Of a stretch of DNA of 25,049 nucleotides, positions 21,901-25,049 are shown piece by piece. Source of the stretch: Toensbergia leucococca. Lineage: Eukaryota. How positions within the stretch are numbered: position 1 is the stretch's first letter; every line of letters begins with the position of its first letter. Where the stretch lies: assembly GCA_022813965.1 (NCBI GenBank), contig JALDZS010000042.1, positions 124,001-149,049 of the forward strand, read 5' to 3'. The notes under the pieces were generated by a model. The model ran no database searches. It worked only from the letters and a program-made list of their open reading frames with translations, and was not told the DNA's origin. Made by a program: the position numbers and the translations under genes.

Positions 21901-23298
21901 CTGCTTCAAAGACTTCGAGTAAGGGCTGACGTGCTTCTGGTTGGATCTCAGTATCGATACTTCGAGGTATAACTTTTGTTGTTGTAAGTGTAGGATCAGG
22001 CAACTCATTGAATTGCAATGGACGTGTAATATCGCAAGAAGTCGATCGATTCCCATTCAAAGCACATTCTGTTTCCACTCGGGCAGGTTTGTGAAAACAA
22101 ACAGGTCTCGTTTTTGCCTGAACTGTGTTTGCATCAAATTGAGCCTATTTAGACAATTAGATCAATGTCTGCACTGTCAAGTGTGCAAAGTTGCATGGCG
22201 GTTCGCAATCTCTCCCTCTAGCGAAACTTACCTGTCTCCTGCTCTCAAGAGTTGAATTATGTGTCAACGACGATGAATTATTTTCAACATAATAGTTAGC
22301 CCATCGGTTTAGGGCGGGAAGTGATTGATCTGCACGCAATGGAGTGCTTCGAGACCGTATCTTGTCACCAGCCGCTTGAGCCTATCGTTCAGGATTAGCG
22401 ACTTCAGCGACTTCTGCGAATGGAAGATCACATTAGAGACAAAAGCTGCTGCTCATACCTGTCTCCTTCCTTCAAGTGTCAGTTTTGACTCCGGATACCT
22501 TCTATGAGCATCATCAAAATGAACACGAAGCTCTTGGTCCCCCAAGTGTTCTTCAGTGGTGCTTTCCGTAGCTTCCAACTTTCTAGGTAGAGCATGTAGC
22601 TGAGGGGGGTTGCTAGCCCGAAAGTATCGAGTCCTATAGTCTTCAAGCTCTTGTAAATGAGATGCGTCATCGGATGCATCAATTTGAACACTGAGATCGT
22701 CTTCTCGGGGTTTTGGCCAGACAATACTCCCGGGTCTCTCCAAAAGCAATTTCGGCAATGGGTGACGTTTGTGGCGATGAACAGGTCTGTCTGTGTGATC
22801 ATGCAAACTTCGGATTGCGGACTCCGTGTCTCGCTCAAGCACTGGCAGTTCAAGTAGGTCGTCGGCCGGCTTACTTCGTTCCTCGATTTCTTGCCAGATC
22901 TTGAGAGAATTACCCTGACCACTGATATCAAAAGCGTGAAGTACTGGAGATGACGGAATAGAAGGTGGTAGAGGATTTGAGCTCAAAGTGCGCTGGATAG
23001 GTCTTGTCAGAGGTTCTTGAAGGCGTTGACAAAGTTCAAGTGAGGATCCAACCTACAGCTCTTTATTAGCCTTGTGCAGATATTTCATGGGCTGTCTGCT
23101 TACTGTGATCAACTCCCCATCATCCTCATCAACATAGTTTAGTGTAGCTTCTGGATGATCTGAAATAGTACTATCGTACTCGGGCGCCGTGATCCGGACG
23201 ATGGCATCGTAGTTTATTCTCGGAAAGCTACCGGGTAAAGACCTTGTAGGGGAGCCAGGTGGGCGTCGAAGATTGCGGACTCGGAAAGAAGGGAGCAT
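18906..23298 (-). CDS. Large, mostly disordered protein with N-terminal PB1-like, central RRM-like and C-terminal UBA-like domains; exons 23298-23104, 23052-22459, 22381-22232, 22144-21338, 21278-21119, 21067-18906; ~1355 aa
   Basis: Five GT-AG introns join the separate ORFs into one continuous frame (4068 nt). The N-terminus has LNYVDEDDGELITVGSSLEL, resembling the PB1 acidic OPCA motif. The C-terminus has CVEQLKDLGF...YAQAAEGDLFNAIDMIDEE, which is UBA-like. Confidence 0.8.
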
Positions 23299-23958
23299 GA
23301 TGCCGATGAAGAGTTTCAAAGGTCTCCAGGAAGGATTTTAGAAGATGAGAAAAGTAGGTGGGCTTAAGAGGGTAGAGGTGTACGAGTACGTATAACGTAA
23401 CCTGGACACGCAAATTCCCAGGCGCTTAACCGTAGACTTATTTTTGTATTGCTAGGCGGGCAAAGTAGCTTATCAGAAACCGAGGTCCATGTTCTTTTCA
23501 AGTCTTGGAAATATTCCAAAGGTATAAACGGCGTGGTGAAAATGATCAAGCAGCTGTGCTTCCTCAAAAAAGCTTCGAGGGCGAGGCGGGGTGTTTGCTC
23601 ACAATGTTTCACAAACCTAGGTACGAATATATTACTCCGTCACTGCCTTTAAATACCATCACGTTCTTATTCATTCATACAAGTCATCGAGAAGGAATTT
23701 GCCGTGACGTTTACTTGGCTCCGCTTCCAAAAATCTAGGATAAATGTTACAGATACGCCAATCCCGATTCAGTCTCATAGAAAACAACCTTTTGATACAT
23801 CTGAGGCTTCCAAACTCAAGCCAAAGCGTAGCTCAACCGACAAAACAAGTAGCCGCTTCAGCTCGCGGATGATTGAAATCAGATCTTCTATGAAAGTCAA
23901 AACGTTCGCACGAAGCTGAAAGTCCCCATAGCAAGCGTTTACCCAGAGAACCTAGCCT

Positions 23959-25049
23959 CTAGAAATCTGAACCTTGAATTCGGGCTTCATTATTACACGT
24001 ACCGTTTGGCCAACTCCCGGGCGGGAAGCAATCGAATTGAAACGTCCGGCTGAGGAAAGATCCCGAGGGACTGTCATTCAAGCTAGTATCGAACAACAGC
24101 TTTTGGCCAGCATTAATAGTACCCCCGGTATCATAATCGTATTGAACTTGCTGTTGGTCTGTCGAGCAATTAGTCAAAAGCGTACAACGTCAAAGCATCT
24201 GTCAGCAACTCACTCATACTCCTATCAGTACCCTGAATGCCAATGGTGGCGTTGAGCCCACCATCGCCTGGCGTAAAATAGTAAAACTGCATTTGTCCGG
24301 GAGCATTGACGTTGTAGGTGACGATGAATTGATAGATGTTGGGAGTAGGACTATTGTCTCCATAAGAGGTAAGGATGTATTCGACAGACAATTGTAAGCT
24401 TGAAGCGATGTGATCAATCTGATAGTATATCCCCTGTTGAAACGAGTCTCCTGCAACGAGATCTTCCCAGTACGGACATGCCGTCCCAGGAGGAAGCGCT
24501 GGGGCGTAAAGAGCGTAGTTGTCGGCGTCCGCTGCTATGCTTTGTGCGCCGAGGGAAAAAAGCTACGGGGATTCAGTAATGCCCCCCTCAGGAATGTAGG
24601 CGATTGAGCTTACCCCGTTTGTGCTGACTGTGAATGAGGTTTGGATTTGCTCATACAGCTGGACTTGCATTGGTATAGTGACAGTCTCTGAATAGTCATC
24701 ATATTCGCTGTTGTCTACAGCATTGGAGATGATGGGGGTGGGATTTGCTAGTCTTAGCCCGTTTGCATAGGTGCTTGAAACCGTGGCCGGAGAGCTTGTA
24801 GCCGCAGCTGGAGAAGACACTGATATAGTAGTTGACGACGACGACGCGGAGCTCGTCGATGTAGTTGAACTCGTTGACGTAGTTGAAATCGTCGATGTAG
24901 TTGAACTCGTTGACGTAGTTGAAATCGTTGATGTACTTGAACTCGTTGATGTACTTGAACTCGTTGATGTACTTGAACTCGTTGATGTACTTGAACTCGT
25001 TGATGTACTTGAACTCGTTGATGTACTTGAACTCGTTGATGTACTTGAA
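23959..25049 (-). CDS. Putative secreted/cell-surface glycoprotein with Ser/Thr repeat stalk and C-terminal nidogen (NIDO)-like domain; 5' end outside window; exons >25049-24614, 24562-~24214 (alternative donor gives 24220), 24158-23959
   Basis: The frame is open through the SSTSTS repeats into YDDYSETVTIPMQVQLYEQ..FTVSTNG|LFSLG...CPYWEDL...QQGIYYQI...GDGGLNATIGIQG. Introns are 24613-24563 and ~24213-24159. The signal peptide is not visible in this window. Confidence 0.75.
24852..25049 (-). repeat. Coding 18-bp minisatellite, at least 11 units, running off the window end
   Basis: The unit on the + strand is ctcgttgatgtacttgaa. The last six copies are identical and the first five are variants. 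It encodes SSTSTS/STTSTS/STTSTI. Confidence 0.95.

Noticed and set aside
21314..23319. ORFs 21314-22078, 22453-22986 and 23053-23319 as separate genes
   Set aside because: Canonical introns join them in frame with 18906-21104 into one gene.

Overview
Eukaryotic DNA from a filamentous ascomycete, judged by short GT-AG introns with CTRAY branch sites and a wc-1 gene; the species cannot be named from the sequence. Manual splicing gives nine genes. On the + strand: a 5'-truncated ATP-dependent DNA ligase I-family gene, the blue-light receptor White Collar-1, a Ras-family GTPase lacking a CaaX box, quinolinate phosphoribosyltransferase BNA6, and an F-box/LRR-like gene interrupted by a single in-frame TGA-CTG. 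On the - strand: eIF2A, a conserved low-complexity fungal protein (possibly RfeF-like), a ~1355-aa protein with apparent PB1-like, RRM-like and UBA-like domains, and a 5'-truncated Ser/Thr-repeat surface protein with a NIDO-like domain. The non-coding DNA contains a family of long-inverted-repeat, non-autonomous elements that look Mutator-like. Four arms form a ~1-kb nested quasi-palindrome between the convergent BNA6 and eIF2A 3' ends. A separate copy at 16115-16858 has a near-perfect 10-bp target-site duplication. All exon coordinates and alignments were done by eye and no database searches were run.
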